Below the pieces are notes generated by a model. That model made no database searches, had not been told where the DNA came from, and was given only the letters and a program-made list of their open reading frames with translations. Source: Eubacteriales bacterium (GTDB lineage: Bacteria; Bacillota; Clostridia; Oscillospirales; CAG-382). From it: a stretch of 64,000 nucleotides of DNA. Positions 9,263 to 19,133 of the stretch are shown one piece after another; within the stretch, counting starts at the first letter, position 1, and each line of letters begins with the position of its first letter. The position numbers and the translations under genes were made by a program. The DNA lies in NCBI GenBank assembly GCA_045595785.1, contig JAZOBE010000048.1, positions 6,009 to 70,008 of the forward strand. Reading direction: 5' to 3'.

Positions 9263-10576
9263 TTACTTCTTCTTTTTAGCAACAACTACAACTACAACAA
9301 CGATAGCTACTACTGCAACAACAGCAACTACGATGCCTACGATAAGGCCGGTGTTGGACTTTTCTTCCTTGTCGCCGGTAGAAGGAGCCTTGGACTCGTC
9401 TTCAGACTTGTCGTCTTCTGCGGGAACAGATTCATCCTTGGGCTCTTCGGAGGATTCATCTTCAACGGGCTCAGAGGATTCATCCTCGGGCTGAGAAGGT
9501 TCATCGGGAGTAGCAACGGGAACAGCGTAGTAAACTACTGCGCCGGTCTCAAAGGTCTGTTCATCAAAGTTGTATCCTGCGAAGGTTACGATGTCGCCTG
9601 CAACGAGAGCTGCAAGAGCGTCTCTGTTTGCGGCTGCGTCAGCGCTCTCACCGTGAACTGCGAGTGCGATGTCGCCTTCAGCTACGTCAGCAAAAGCAAA
9701 CTCATAGTCACCGTCTACACCCTTAACCTCTACTACGGAGTACTCACCCTCAACCTCGGTAGGTCTGAGAAGTACGCATGCGGACCATGCTACGTTGTAT
9801 GCGGAAAGGTTGGTAGGATCGGTGATGATGGTGTTGGAGTCGGTAACGATGGACTCGTTGAAGGGCACGTGCTTGATGTACTTTGCGCCTGCGGGAATCT
9901 CAACGATAGGCTCGATATCATCGATATTTACGGATTCTTCCTGGCTTACTTCTTCGTAATCGTCGTCGCCCTCTTCAGACTGAAGACCTGCGCCAACTTC
10001 GGTAAGACCTATCCATTCCCAGGAAACCTTATCCCAGCCCTGGCCGTTGGGACCCATGCTGAAGCAGATGGAAACGTACTTTGCATCTACAGCAGCGTTA
10101 AGACGGATAACAGTTTCAAGCTGGAAGGAAGGGTCGGCTACATTTACGATTTCGCCTTCCATGGTATAAACATCCTCGTGGAAAGCGTTACCATCTGCGG
10201 AAGTACCGATGATGAGAGAGTTTTCGTGGGGAAGACCGATCATTGCGTTAGCATATACGTACCAGTTGATATATACGGTATCGATGCTCTGAAGAGAATC
10301 AAGCTCAAAAACGATGGTAACTTCGGTAAGATCTTCGGAAGTGCAGTTCTTGTTCTGAATAAGAACTATGCCCTTCTTGTTGAAGTCGTTTGCAGCGGCA
10401 TCAGTTTCAGAAAGAATGGTGCCGTCATACAGAAGCTCAAGCTTATCGGATGCGCGAGGTGCTACGTTATCGCCCTTGATCTCAAGATTAACAACAGTTG
10501 CTTTTGCATCTGCAGGGATAGCAAAAAGCGCCACTACAAGAGTAAGGACAATGATAACACTTAAAAGTTTTTTCAT
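9263..10576 (-). CDS. Surface protein: signal peptide, discoidin/CBM-like N-domain, acidic S/E/D/P linker, C-terminal TM + KKKK
   Basis: 437-aa ORF, tandem paralog of 10717..12060. Confidence 0.75.
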   Translation of the reverse strand: MKKLLSVIIVLTLVVALFAIPADAKATVVNLEIKGDNVAPRASDKLELLYDGTILSETDAAANDFNKKGIVLIQNKNCTSEDLTEVTIVFELDSLQSIDTVYINWYVYANAMIGLPHENSLIIGTSADGNAFHEDVYTMEGEIVNVADPSFQLETVIRLNAAVDAKYVSICFSMGPNGQGWDKVSWEWIGLTEVGAGLQSEEGDDDYEEVSQEESVNIDDIEPIVEIPAGAKYIKHVPFNESIVTDSNTIITDPTNLSAYNVAWSACVLLRPTEVEGEYSVVEVKGVDGDYEFAFADVAEGDIALAVHGESADAAANRDALAALVAGDIVTFAGYNFDEQTFETGAVVYYAVPVATPDEPSQPEDESSEPVEDESSEEPKDESVPAEDDKSEDESKAPSTGDKEEKSNTGLIVGIVVAVVAVVAIVVVVVVVAKKKK

Positions 10577-10662
10577 TTCATTTTCTCCTTGAAATTATTT
10601 TGTAGGTAGATTATATTACATAAAGCGCGAAAAGTCAATAAGCTATTCAAATAATGTATATT

Positions 10663-10700
10663 AAAAAAACCACAAAAACCCGTGGAAAACCACGGGTTTT
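10663..10700 (-). terminator. Rho-independent terminator
   Basis: AAACCCGTGG-loop-CCACGGGTTT with a T-run on the minus strand. Confidence 0.75.
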
Positions 10701-10716
10701 ATGTATTAAGGTTTAA

Positions 10717-12060
10717 TTATTTCTTCTTTTTGGCAACAACTACAACTACAACAACGATAGCTGCTACTGCAACAACGGCAACTGCGATGCCTACGATAAG
10801 ACCGGTGTTGGACTTTTCTTCCTTGTCGCCGGCAGAAGGAGCTTTGGACTCGTCCTCGGACTTGTCATCCTCTGCGGGAACAGATTCATCCTTAGGCTCT
10901 TCGGAGGACTCATCGTCCTTGGGCTCTTCGGAGGACTCATCGTCTGCGGGAGTGGAAACCTCATCCTCGGAAACGTCGACGTCGGGAGTAGCGGTGTTGT
11001 CTACAAAGTAAACTACTGCGCCTCTCTCAAAGGACTGCTCCTCAAAGTTATAGCCTGCAAAGGTAACGGTATCGCCCTCAACGAGAGCGTTAAGAGCAAG
11101 TCTGTTTGCCTTGGTGCCGTCAGTATCGTCATCACCGTGAACGGAAAGAACGATATCACCCTCTGCTGCGTCTGCAAACAGGAAGGTATCGTCACCGTTC
11201 ATCCACTGAACCGCAACTACAGTGTACTGACCCTCGGTCTCAGCAGGTCTGAGAAGTGCGCAAGAGGTCCACTTTACGTTGTAGTCCTGCATGGTAGCGG
11301 GATCGGTAATGATGGTGTAAGAACCGGTGGTGATAGACTTGTTGAAGGTTGCGTGCTTAAGACCTACGGAACCCTCGGGAATCTCAACGATAGGCTCGAT
11401 CTGGTCAAGAGGAGTGTTGTCTTCGCTTACTTCATCGTAACCGCCGAGAACCTCTTCAACCTGAAGTCCTGCGCCAACTTCGGTAAAGCCTACCCATTCC
11501 CACATGGGGCAGTACCAGCCGTCCTGACCGTGAGGGCCATACTCAAAGGAAACGGAAACATACTTTGCCTTTACGGTCTGACCGAGTCTGATAACAGTCT
11601 CAAGCTGGAAGGAGGAGTTGGGGTCGGTCTCACCCTCAAAATCATAAGCAGCGATCTCGGTATAAACGTCGCCATCCTGAGAATAACCGATGATAAGGTT
11701 ATTGTTGTGAGGCAAACCGATAATTGCGTTGTGATATACGTACCAGGTGATGTAAACCGAGTCGATATCCTGAAGGGTATCAAGCTCAAAATAAAGGGTT
11801 GCAACGGTGTTGTTTTCTGCGTCCATCATATTGGTATTCTGAACGAGAACTATGCCTTCCTTATCGAAGTTGTTTGCGGTAGCATTATCCTCGGAAAGGA
11901 TCTTGTTATCACAAAGAAGATTAACGTCTGCGCCTGCGCGAAGCTTAACGTTATCACCCTCAAACCAAACCTTTGTTACAGTTGCCTTAGCGTCTGCAGG
12001 AATGATAAGAAGTGCAACGACAAGAGAAAGAATGATAAGAACACTTAACAGTTTTTTCAT
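10717..12060 (-). CDS. Surface protein, paralog of 9263..10576
   Basis: 447 aa with the same architecture. The 3' ~200 nt are nearly identical to the paralog. Confidence 0.75.
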   Translation of the reverse strand: MKKLLSVLIILSLVVALLIIPADAKATVTKVWFEGDNVKLRAGADVNLLCDNKILSEDNATANNFDKEGIVLVQNTNMMDAENNTVATLYFELDTLQDIDSVYITWYVYHNAIIGLPHNNNLIIGYSQDGDVYTEIAAYDFEGETDPNSSFQLETVIRLGQTVKAKYVSVSFEYGPHGQDGWYCPMWEWVGFTEVGAGLQVEEVLGGYDEVSEDNTPLDQIEPIVEIPEGSVGLKHATFNKSITTGSYTIITDPATMQDYNVKWTSCALLRPAETEGQYTVVAVQWMNGDDTFLFADAAEGDIVLSVHGDDDTDGTKANRLALNALVEGDTVTFAGYNFEEQSFERGAVVYFVDNTATPDVDVSEDEVSTPADDESSEEPKDDESSEEPKDESVPAEDDKSEDESKAPSAGDKEEKSNTGLIVGIAVAVVAVAAIVVVVVVVAKKKK

Positions 12061-12176
12061 TGCTTTTGAAAGCTCCTTTTTGAATATTTTGTAAACAAAT
12101 TATATTATATAAAAGGAAAAAAGTCAAGACGGGTTTTGAATTTGTAACCTTTTTGATAATTATTAAGTTTTACATT

Positions 12177-12213
12177 TGTAACTGTTTACAAAACCGTTAT
12201 ATTTTGTTATAAT
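12177..12213 (+). promoter_or_regulatory. Candidate sigma-A promoter with an overlapping cre-like palindrome
   Basis: -35 TTTACA (12185-12190), 17-nt spacer, TGtTATAAT (-10 at 12208-12213). TGTAACTGTTTACA at 12177-12190 differs from TGWAANCGNTNWCA at one central position. Confidence 0.4.
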
Positions 12214-12235
12214 TATTGGGAAGAGGTGGCTAAAT

Positions 12236-13333
12236 ATGCATTATTTGCTTATACTCGATTCCTTTAAGGGCAGTGTCTCGTCAAGAGACGCGGCTTTACA
12301 TATAAAAAGCGGTCTTGGCGGCGGTGAGGTGATACCTTTTTCTGACGGAGGCGAAGGTTTTTTACAGTGCATTGAGCACGCCTGCGGCGGAGAAAGGGTA
12401 TGTTTTTCCGTGCCGGACAGCTATGGAAGACAAGTGGACACCTATTACCTGCGCGTGGGCGACACCGGCGTGGTGGAGACCGCGCTGGCAGACGGCCTTG
12501 TAACCGTGGGAAAGGAGCATCCGAACATTACGGGTGCCGCATCCGTTGGCACGGGACTCACCATAAAAAAAGCCTTGGAGGACGGGTGCAAAAAAGTAAT
12601 AATCGGCTTTGGCGGAAGCGCCACCAATGACGGAGGCGCAGGTGCGCTGTACGGGCTGGGTGCCCGTTTTCTGGCTGACGGAAAGGAAAGAGCGCCTGAC
12701 GGGCTGTGCGGTGAGTGGTGTGAGAAAATTGACCTTTCGGGTCTTACTCCTCTGCTTGCAAGGGCAAAGCTTGTTTTCGCCTGTGACGTGGACAACCCCT
12801 ATTACGGGGAAAACGGCGCGTCTATGGTATATTCACCCCAAAAGGGGGCGGACGGGCAGACGGCCGTCCGTATGGAAAGGGGGCACAGACGCTTATCACA
12901 GCTTTTGTACACAGCCTCCGGCAAGGATATATCCCATATTCCCGGTGCAGGTGCCGCAGGAGGTCTTGCAGGCGGGCTTATGGCGGTGTGCGACCCTGAA
13001 GTAAAAAGCGGATTTGACCTGCTGAAGGACCTTTGCGGTCTGGAGGAGAGAATAAAAGAGGCTGACGTTGTTATTACCGGTGAGGGAAAGACGGACGGAC
13101 AGACCTTGAACGGAAAGCTGCCCCAAAAGGTTACGGCTTTGGCAAAAAGCAATGGTAAAAAGGTGTGCTGCGTTTCGGGAATGATCACCCAAGAGGGATA
13201 CGCATTGGGCGCAGATACTTATATACCCCTTGCGGAAGGGGAAATCACTCCGCAAATGACTATGGGTAACCCTGCCCCGTATCTTAAGAATGCGGGAATT
13301 AAAATAAAAAACATATACGAAGAGGAAATCTAA
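12236..13333 (+). CDS. glxK: Glycerate kinase
   Basis: N-terminal DSFKGS motif, GFGGSATNDGGAG, and C-terminal ITGEGK-D-QT--GK. Confidence 0.85.
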   Translation: MHYLLILDSFKGSVSSRDAALHIKSGLGGGEVIPFSDGGEGFLQCIEHACGGERVCFSVPDSYGRQVDTYYLRVGDTGVVETALADGLVTVGKEHPNITGAASVGTGLTIKKALEDGCKKVIIGFGGSATNDGGAGALYGLGARFLADGKERAPDGLCGEWCEKIDLSGLTPLLARAKLVFACDVDNPYYGENGASMVYSPQKGADGQTAVRMERGHRRLSQLLYTASGKDISHIPGAGAAGGLAGGLMAVCDPEVKSGFDLLKDLCGLEERIKEADVVITGEGKTDGQTLNGKLPQKVTALAKSNGKKVCCVSGMITQEGYALGADTYIPLAEGEITPQMTMGNPAPYLKNAGIKIKNIYEEEI

Positions 13334-13334
13334 A

Positions 13335-14387
13335 ATGAAAAAATGTACTTTTTGTAACGCAGAGATCGACGACAACGCAGTAAGATGCGAATATTGTGAG
13401 CAGGACTGCCCTGCCCCCGCACCCGCATTTGCACCTACCTTGGCAGATGAAAAAAGACCCGCTCCCAAGAAAAGACGTAAAAACGCTTGGTGGGCAGTTA
13501 TTCTGTGCGTAATTCTTGCTTTCGGCATATTCTTTTCCGCTACCATGGGCACAGGCTTTGTGCTGTTGAGACAGGCGTTAAGCTCCGCTACCATTGAGAC
13601 CGTGGTAAAGGACGTTGATATTTTCAGTATTCCCATTGAAGACGGCACCGTTCTTGACAAGGTTGAAGAGGTTTTCAAGGAATCCGGCAACGAATATCTT
13701 GAGAATATGACCGCAGAGGATATCCGCCGTATTGCGGAGGAGGCAGGTCTGCAGGAGCAGCTTTCCAATGTTATGAGTCAGGTTTCCGACCTGCTTACCG
13801 GAAAGACCACCGAAATTGATATTTCCGCCGAGCAGATAATGGTGCTGGTTGAGGACAATATAGACCTTATTGAAGAAACCACCGGATACCGTCTTACCAA
13901 GGACGACCTGGCACAGCTTGAATCGGTTATTACCGAGCATACCGAGACTATTACCGAGGAGCTTAACCAGCAGGCGGCAATTTTGCTTGAGGAGCCTGCG
14001 GTAAAGACTACCGTTACCACTGTTCAGATAGCAGTAAGCCCCGTTATCCCTATTGCCGCATTCGGCGTTACCGCCCTTTGCGCACTTCTCGTGTTGCTCC
14101 TTCTCCGCAGAAAAGAGGGCGTGTTTATGTACGTTGGTATTCCCACCCTTATTCTCGGCATAATTCTGGGCGTAGCTTACGGCGGAAGCGAGCTTATCAA
14201 GGCGTATGCTTTGGCAATGGTTCGTATTCCCGCCTCTATGACCGCTATCGTTAACTCGGTTATCGCGGCGATACTCAACCCCGTTCTGTATGCGGCTATT
14301 ATTTGCGGCGCAGTAGGCGTTGTATGCATTATTCTGTTTATAATCATTAAGATCTGCGTTGGCAGAAAATACAAAAAGTACTGTTAA
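13335..14387 (+). CDS. Zinc-ribbon membrane protein, function unknown
   Basis: N-terminal CxxC..CxxC (CTFC..CEYC) followed by TM segments. Confidence 0.6.
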   Translation: MKKCTFCNAEIDDNAVRCEYCEQDCPAPAPAFAPTLADEKRPAPKKRRKNAWWAVILCVILAFGIFFSATMGTGFVLLRQALSSATIETVVKDVDIFSIPIEDGTVLDKVEEVFKESGNEYLENMTAEDIRRIAEEAGLQEQLSNVMSQVSDLLTGKTTEIDISAEQIMVLVEDNIDLIEETTGYRLTKDDLAQLESVITEHTETITEELNQQAAILLEEPAVKTTVTTVQIAVSPVIPIAAFGVTALCALLVLLLLRRKEGVFMYVGIPTLILGIILGVAYGGSELIKAYALAMVRIPASMTAIVNSVIAAILNPVLYAAIICGAVGVVCIILFIIIKICVGRKYKKYC

Positions 14388-14421
14388 GTAATATACCTAT
14401 ATCCCTTAAGGAGGAAAATCT

Positions 14422-15375
14422 ATGTCAAATACAGGCTACGTTCAGGCGCAGGCGCTTATAAACGGACTGTCAAAAGCAGTTCTGGGCAAGAGCAAGGAAG
14501 CTACATATCTGGTTACCGCGTTTCTTGCAGGCGGCCACGTGCTTATTGAAGATATCCCCGGCGTGGGAAAGACCACCCTTGCTTCTGCTTTGGCGCGTCT
14601 TTCGGGACTGGACTACAAGAGAGTACAGTTCACTCCCGATGTTACTCCCTCTGATATCACCGGATTTAATATGTTTGACAAGCGCACCGGAGAATTCGTG
14701 TTCCGTGACGGCGCTGTAAATGCGGATATTTTCTTGGGCGACGAAATAAACCGCGCTTCTCCCAAGACACAGTCCGCACTTCTTGAAGCGATGAGTGAGG
14801 GAAGCGTTACCGTAGACGGTGAGAACCATCCCCTCTCTCCCGTGTTTACGGTTATTGCCACCCAGAACCCTATGGGCTTTGTAGGTACGTATCCTCTGCC
14901 CGAAGCGCAGGTAGACCGTTTTGCAGTAAGATTTTCTATGGGATACCCCTCCTTTGAGGCGGAAATGCGTATTGCCGCAGGTATGACCCATGAAAACACA
15001 CTTCCCTCCCTTGAGGCGGCTATTGACAGAGATATGCTTATCAAAATGCGTGCCGAGGTAAAGGAGGTTGCCGTTGAGCAGGAAGCGTACAGATATGCGG
15101 TATCTCTGGTTACCGCCACCAGAAACGACAAGCGTCTTTCTCTGGGTGCGTCTCCCCGCGGAAGCGTAATGCTTATCCGACTTGCCAAGGCATACGCGTA
15201 TATTCAGGGCAGAGATTATATCCTGCCTGACGATATCGGCACAATGTTCGTGCCGGTCATGAACCACAGAATAACCCTGTCCCAGGAGGCGAAAAGGGAA
15301 TTCCTTTCCGCAGAGGACATACTTTTAAGCATTTTGGCAAACACCGATGTGCCCCACAGAGGCAAAGGAAGATAA
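14422..15375 (+). CDS. MoxR-family AAA+ ATPase
   Basis: Walker A GVGKTT, Walker B FLGDEINRA, ATQNP motif, 317 aa. Confidence 0.9.
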   Translation: MSNTGYVQAQALINGLSKAVLGKSKEATYLVTAFLAGGHVLIEDIPGVGKTTLASALARLSGLDYKRVQFTPDVTPSDITGFNMFDKRTGEFVFRDGAVNADIFLGDEINRASPKTQSALLEAMSEGSVTVDGENHPLSPVFTVIATQNPMGFVGTYPLPEAQVDRFAVRFSMGYPSFEAEMRIAAGMTHENTLPSLEAAIDRDMLIKMRAEVKEVAVEQEAYRYAVSLVTATRNDKRLSLGASPRGSVMLIRLAKAYAYIQGRDYILPDDIGTMFVPVMNHRITLSQEAKREFLSAEDILLSILANTDVPHRGKGR

Positions 15376-16617
15376 ATGGATAATAAAAAAACAAACAGCG
15401 CAAAAAGGCTGATAACCGCGCCGTTTTATCCAGTTCCTACCCTTGCTGCGGCAATATATTACGCCGTCTTTTTCGGGCTTTCCTGCGGTGCTATAATCAG
15501 GCGTAACACCCCTTTGGGCGTTGCCGCCACGTTTTTGCTTATAGTTCCCGTGGTATCCGTAATTTACACGCTGGTGTGCTTTTGCGGAATAAGCGCGGAA
15601 TTGCATTTTGACAAAGCCTATATCCGCAAGGGCGAGAGTGCCCACGCGGTGCTTACCGTTACCGATTATTTTCCACTGCCCGTTTTCCGTCTGGGCGCAA
15701 GCCTTTATATGCCGAAAAGCGGAAAGGACGGATACGTTTTTGACCGCACCCCCGTTAAAAGCAAAACGGGTGTTACCATGGGCGGAATGAAGGTGGTTAC
15801 CGCAGTAAAGCAGGCAAGCTTTGGCTTGGCAGGAAGCTGGAAGGCGTATTGCGAGGATATTTCGCTGTATGACCCTCTGGGTCTGTTCCGCATTGTAAGC
15901 AAGGTTAGACTTGACGCAAGCATTGCGGTTGTGCCCGTTGCGGGAAGAACGGTTGAGGCGGTCAAGGTGAATACCGGTATGGGCGAAGGGGCTGACAGAA
16001 CCAAGCGCGGCGACGACCGTGACGAGGTGTTTGAAATAGCCGATTACGTTCCCGGTGACAGCCTTAAGGATATACATTGGAAAAAGAGTGCAAGAGAAGA
16101 GGAATTGCAGATAATACGGTTTGCGTCCCCAAAGGAAAAATGCTATTGCGTGCTGTGTGATTGCGGCGACTATTATTTTTCCAAGGAGCAAAAGGGCAAA
16201 AACGCCCGTCTGCTTGATTCGGTGCTGGAAACGGCATACGGTCTGTGCTCAAGTCTTACCGCAGACGGAAGCGCAGTTACTCTTGCCTGGAGAAACGGAA
16301 AAGAGGATATCGGCATTACCGCCAACACGGACCAAGCCTTTGTTTCTCTTTGCCAAAGCGGTTATATTACAAAAAGCGATACACGCCGTATCGATCCCGT
16401 TTTGCTTAACGGATGTGACGGTGTAAACCTTGTTACCGGCGTAATGAATTCCGATACAGCCGCACAGATAATAGCCATACAGACAGAGGCGCCCGGCGTT
16501 AAGGGAATTGTTGTAACGGTGTGCGCCGACCCCGAGGAGTCCGACGGAAACGTGGTAAAGGGACTGGAAAGCTCGGGCGTGGTAGTAACATATACAGGAA
16601 CGGGAGGCAAAAGATGA
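15376..16617 (+). CDS. DUF58 domain protein (MoxR partner)
   Basis: DYVPGDSLKDIHWKKSAR motif. Starts immediately after moxR. Confidence 0.8.
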   Translation: MDNKKTNSAKRLITAPFYPVPTLAAAIYYAVFFGLSCGAIIRRNTPLGVAATFLLIVPVVSVIYTLVCFCGISAELHFDKAYIRKGESAHAVLTVTDYFPLPVFRLGASLYMPKSGKDGYVFDRTPVKSKTGVTMGGMKVVTAVKQASFGLAGSWKAYCEDISLYDPLGLFRIVSKVRLDASIAVVPVAGRTVEAVKVNTGMGEGADRTKRGDDRDEVFEIADYVPGDSLKDIHWKKSAREEELQIIRFASPKEKCYCVLCDCGDYYFSKEQKGKNARLLDSVLETAYGLCSSLTADGSAVTLAWRNGKEDIGITANTDQAFVSLCQSGYITKSDTRRIDPVLLNGCDGVNLVTGVMNSDTAAQIIAIQTEAPGVKGIVVTVCADPEESDGNVVKGLESSGVVVTYTGTGGKR

Positions 16618-19115
16618 AAATACTTCCCAATTCCAAAAGAAAAGATATTATATTCAACGGATTTTCATCCGCATCCGGCTTTGTTGCCGCCGCACTTCTG
16701 AGCGCGGTAACAACGCTTACGCTGTCCGCTTATGCGGTGCAGATACTTTTCCCCGAGGTAAACTCAAAAACAGTCGGCTTTGCCGCGGTTATTACGGTGC
16801 TGTTTACCGCTGCGGTATATCTGTTCAACGCTGAATGGATATCCTACACGGCTTTAGGCGTGTTGGGTAGCGCAGGAACCCTGCTGTTCCTGCCTGCTAT
16901 CGTAGAGTCCCTTGAGGTTAAAATAATACTGGTGTCAAACCAGATATACAAATACGAGCCGAATTATGATCTTGGATATATGTATATCGGCGACGTCGGT
17001 CTTACGGCAACGGTAATAGTGCTCACCGTTCTTTGCGGCGTGGTGCTTACCCACTTTTTGGTGCGCTGTAAGGTGATAGTTCCGGTTATACTCACCTCCG
17101 CGCTGACGGCAGGGCTGTTTATATGTCTGGAGCGCTCGGATACGGTGTATTTTTACATATGCATCCTTTGCGTTATCGCAATGCTGTGCGTATCCGCTCA
17201 GGCGAAGGCAGGAAAAAACATGGGGGCAGAGCTTCCCGTTACCAAGATAGGCACAAAGACCACGGCGTTCTTTTTGGCCACGCTTCTGGTGCTGATGCCC
17301 ATTGCCGCAAACCAAAGCTTTTCAAAAAGCGTAATGGACCTTATCTCCCAGCTTACGGGAATTGCGCCTCCCGGCGTTTCCCCCGGCGGATACGGAGATG
17401 CCAGCGGCGAGGTGTCTATGGAAGGCTTTGAGAATATGCTTGCCGACCTCGAGGAAAGGCAGGCAAAGACCGACCTTGAGGACATTGAGTTTGAAAACAT
17501 AATGCTGTACGTTATTTCCGGCGCGGCAGGCAAGGACGATATCTTCTTCCGACGCCGTATTTACTCCACCTATAAGGACAGCACCTGGACGTTGTTTTCA
17601 TCGGATTCAAAGGATCTGATGGACGACGCCATAAAGAATCTGTATAATCTCCAGCGTAAAAGCCAGTTTGCGGTCCCCCACAGTCAGGACAGCATTGTTG
17701 CAGCGGCGCTGAGACAGCCTCTTTATCCCCCCGTTCCCACGGGTACGGTAAGTATAATTTCCGATAATTCCGAGTATTATTATGATTTGGACAAGGACGG
17801 AACGCCTGAAAAATACCCTGCTTATACCCTGATGACCCATAGGCTTACGGGCGTTGAAAGCGATGCCGAGTGGTTTGACTACCTCAGTTATTTCACCGAG
17901 GACGACCCTTATCTTGAGCTGTTTGGAAAGCAGGATTTTGAAAGTGACGAGGTTTCCGTCTCCGGCGACCCTCTCCTTGACAAGGAGCTTAAGGCGCTGG
18001 CACTTAAGATACTTAAAAGGTATTACGGCTATGAGGATTATGACCGATGGATACAGTCTGAAGACTCGGTTATAGACGCAATTTGGGCAGTACAGAGATA
18101 TCTTACCGATACGAAGTTTTATACCATGAACCCCCAGATGTCGGACAGATATCAAAACTATGACCACACCAAGGACAGTATTTACAACTTCCTTTTCAAC
18201 ACCGGTGAGGGATACTGCGTACAGTTCTCCACTACGGCGGTGCTGCTGCTTCGCTCTCTGGGAATCAACGCCCGTTACGTTACGGGATACGTTTCCCGTA
18301 CCAGCGATAACAACGGAAACAGATATTTGTATGATTCCGATTCCCACGCATGGTGCGAGGTAGAGCTGTACGGTGTTGGCTGGGTCCCCTTCGAGATGAC
18401 CTACGGCGCTATGCTGAATTCGGTAAGCTCTGACGGCCCTATTCTTGACCCGCCCAACTTCCCTGAGGACGTTTCCACGCCCGAGGAATCGATGCCCGAA
18501 ACAAGTGAGGAAGTAAGCGAGGAATCCAGCGAGCCCGAAATAAGCGAGGAAACAAGCGAGGAATCCGGCGAGCCCGAAATAAGCACGGAGGAAAGCCAAA
18601 TAGTTTCCGAAGGCAATGACGGCTCGATTGACGTGACAATAGTTTCGGGAATAAACAAAAAAGCGGTTATCTATTGTATTTTGGCGGCAGTTTGTGCTAT
18701 AATCCTTGTATTGGTATGCGCTCTCATTTACAGACGCAACCAAAAACGGAGAAAGAACACGTACAACTTCCGTGTTAAGTGTGCAAATGGTGAGGGAAGC
18801 GCAGTTGACGGTCTGCTTGCTCTGCACACACAGCATATTGCCATTCTCAAGCTGTTGGGATATACTCCCATCAAGGCGGAAAGACACGGCGAATATGCAA
18901 AGCGCGTTCACCGCTCCGACCCCGATATGCCTAATCCCGTTAACGCTATGAAGTATTTTGAGAAAGCGGAGTTTGGCGGTAAGCCCACAACGGATGAGCT
19001 TAAAGCCGCAGGCGCCCATATGCTTGCACTTAACGACTACGCTTACCGAAAGAGCAAGGGATTAAAGAAAAAGCACGCATATTTCAAAGGTATTATTACA
19101 AAACCCCTTAAATAA
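16614..19115 (+). CDS. Transglutaminase-domain multi-pass membrane protein
   Basis: GYCVQFST..DSHAWCEV..PFE Cys-His-Asp/Glu core. Start set at the ATGA overlap (16614). Contains an acidic SEE/PEIS repeat. Confidence 0.85.
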   Translation: MKILPNSKRKDIIFNGFSSASGFVAAALLSAVTTLTLSAYAVQILFPEVNSKTVGFAAVITVLFTAAVYLFNAEWISYTALGVLGSAGTLLFLPAIVESLEVKIILVSNQIYKYEPNYDLGYMYIGDVGLTATVIVLTVLCGVVLTHFLVRCKVIVPVILTSALTAGLFICLERSDTVYFYICILCVIAMLCVSAQAKAGKNMGAELPVTKIGTKTTAFFLATLLVLMPIAANQSFSKSVMDLISQLTGIAPPGVSPGGYGDASGEVSMEGFENMLADLEERQAKTDLEDIEFENIMLYVISGAAGKDDIFFRRRIYSTYKDSTWTLFSSDSKDLMDDAIKNLYNLQRKSQFAVPHSQDSIVAAALRQPLYPPVPTGTVSIISDNSEYYYDLDKDGTPEKYPAYTLMTHRLTGVESDAEWFDYLSYFTEDDPYLELFGKQDFESDEVSVSGDPLLDKELKALALKILKRYYGYEDYDRWIQSEDSVIDAIWAVQRYLTDTKFYTMNPQMSDRYQNYDHTKDSIYNFLFNTGEGYCVQFSTTAVLLLRSLGINARYVTGYVSRTSDNNGNRYLYDSDSHAWCEVELYGVGWVPFEMTYGAMLNSVSSDGPILDPPNFPEDVSTPEESMPETSEEVSEESSEPEISEETSEESGEPEISTEESQIVSEGNDGSIDVTIVSGINKKAVIYCILAAVCAIILVLVCALIYRRNQKRRKNTYNFRVKCANGEGSAVDGLLALHTQHIAILKLLGYTPIKAERHGEYAKRVHRSDPDMPNPVNAMKYFEKAEFGGKPTTDELKAAGAHMLALNDYAYRKSKGLKKKHAYFKGIITKPLK

Positions 19116-19133
19116 AAAGGAGGAAGCAGTTTT

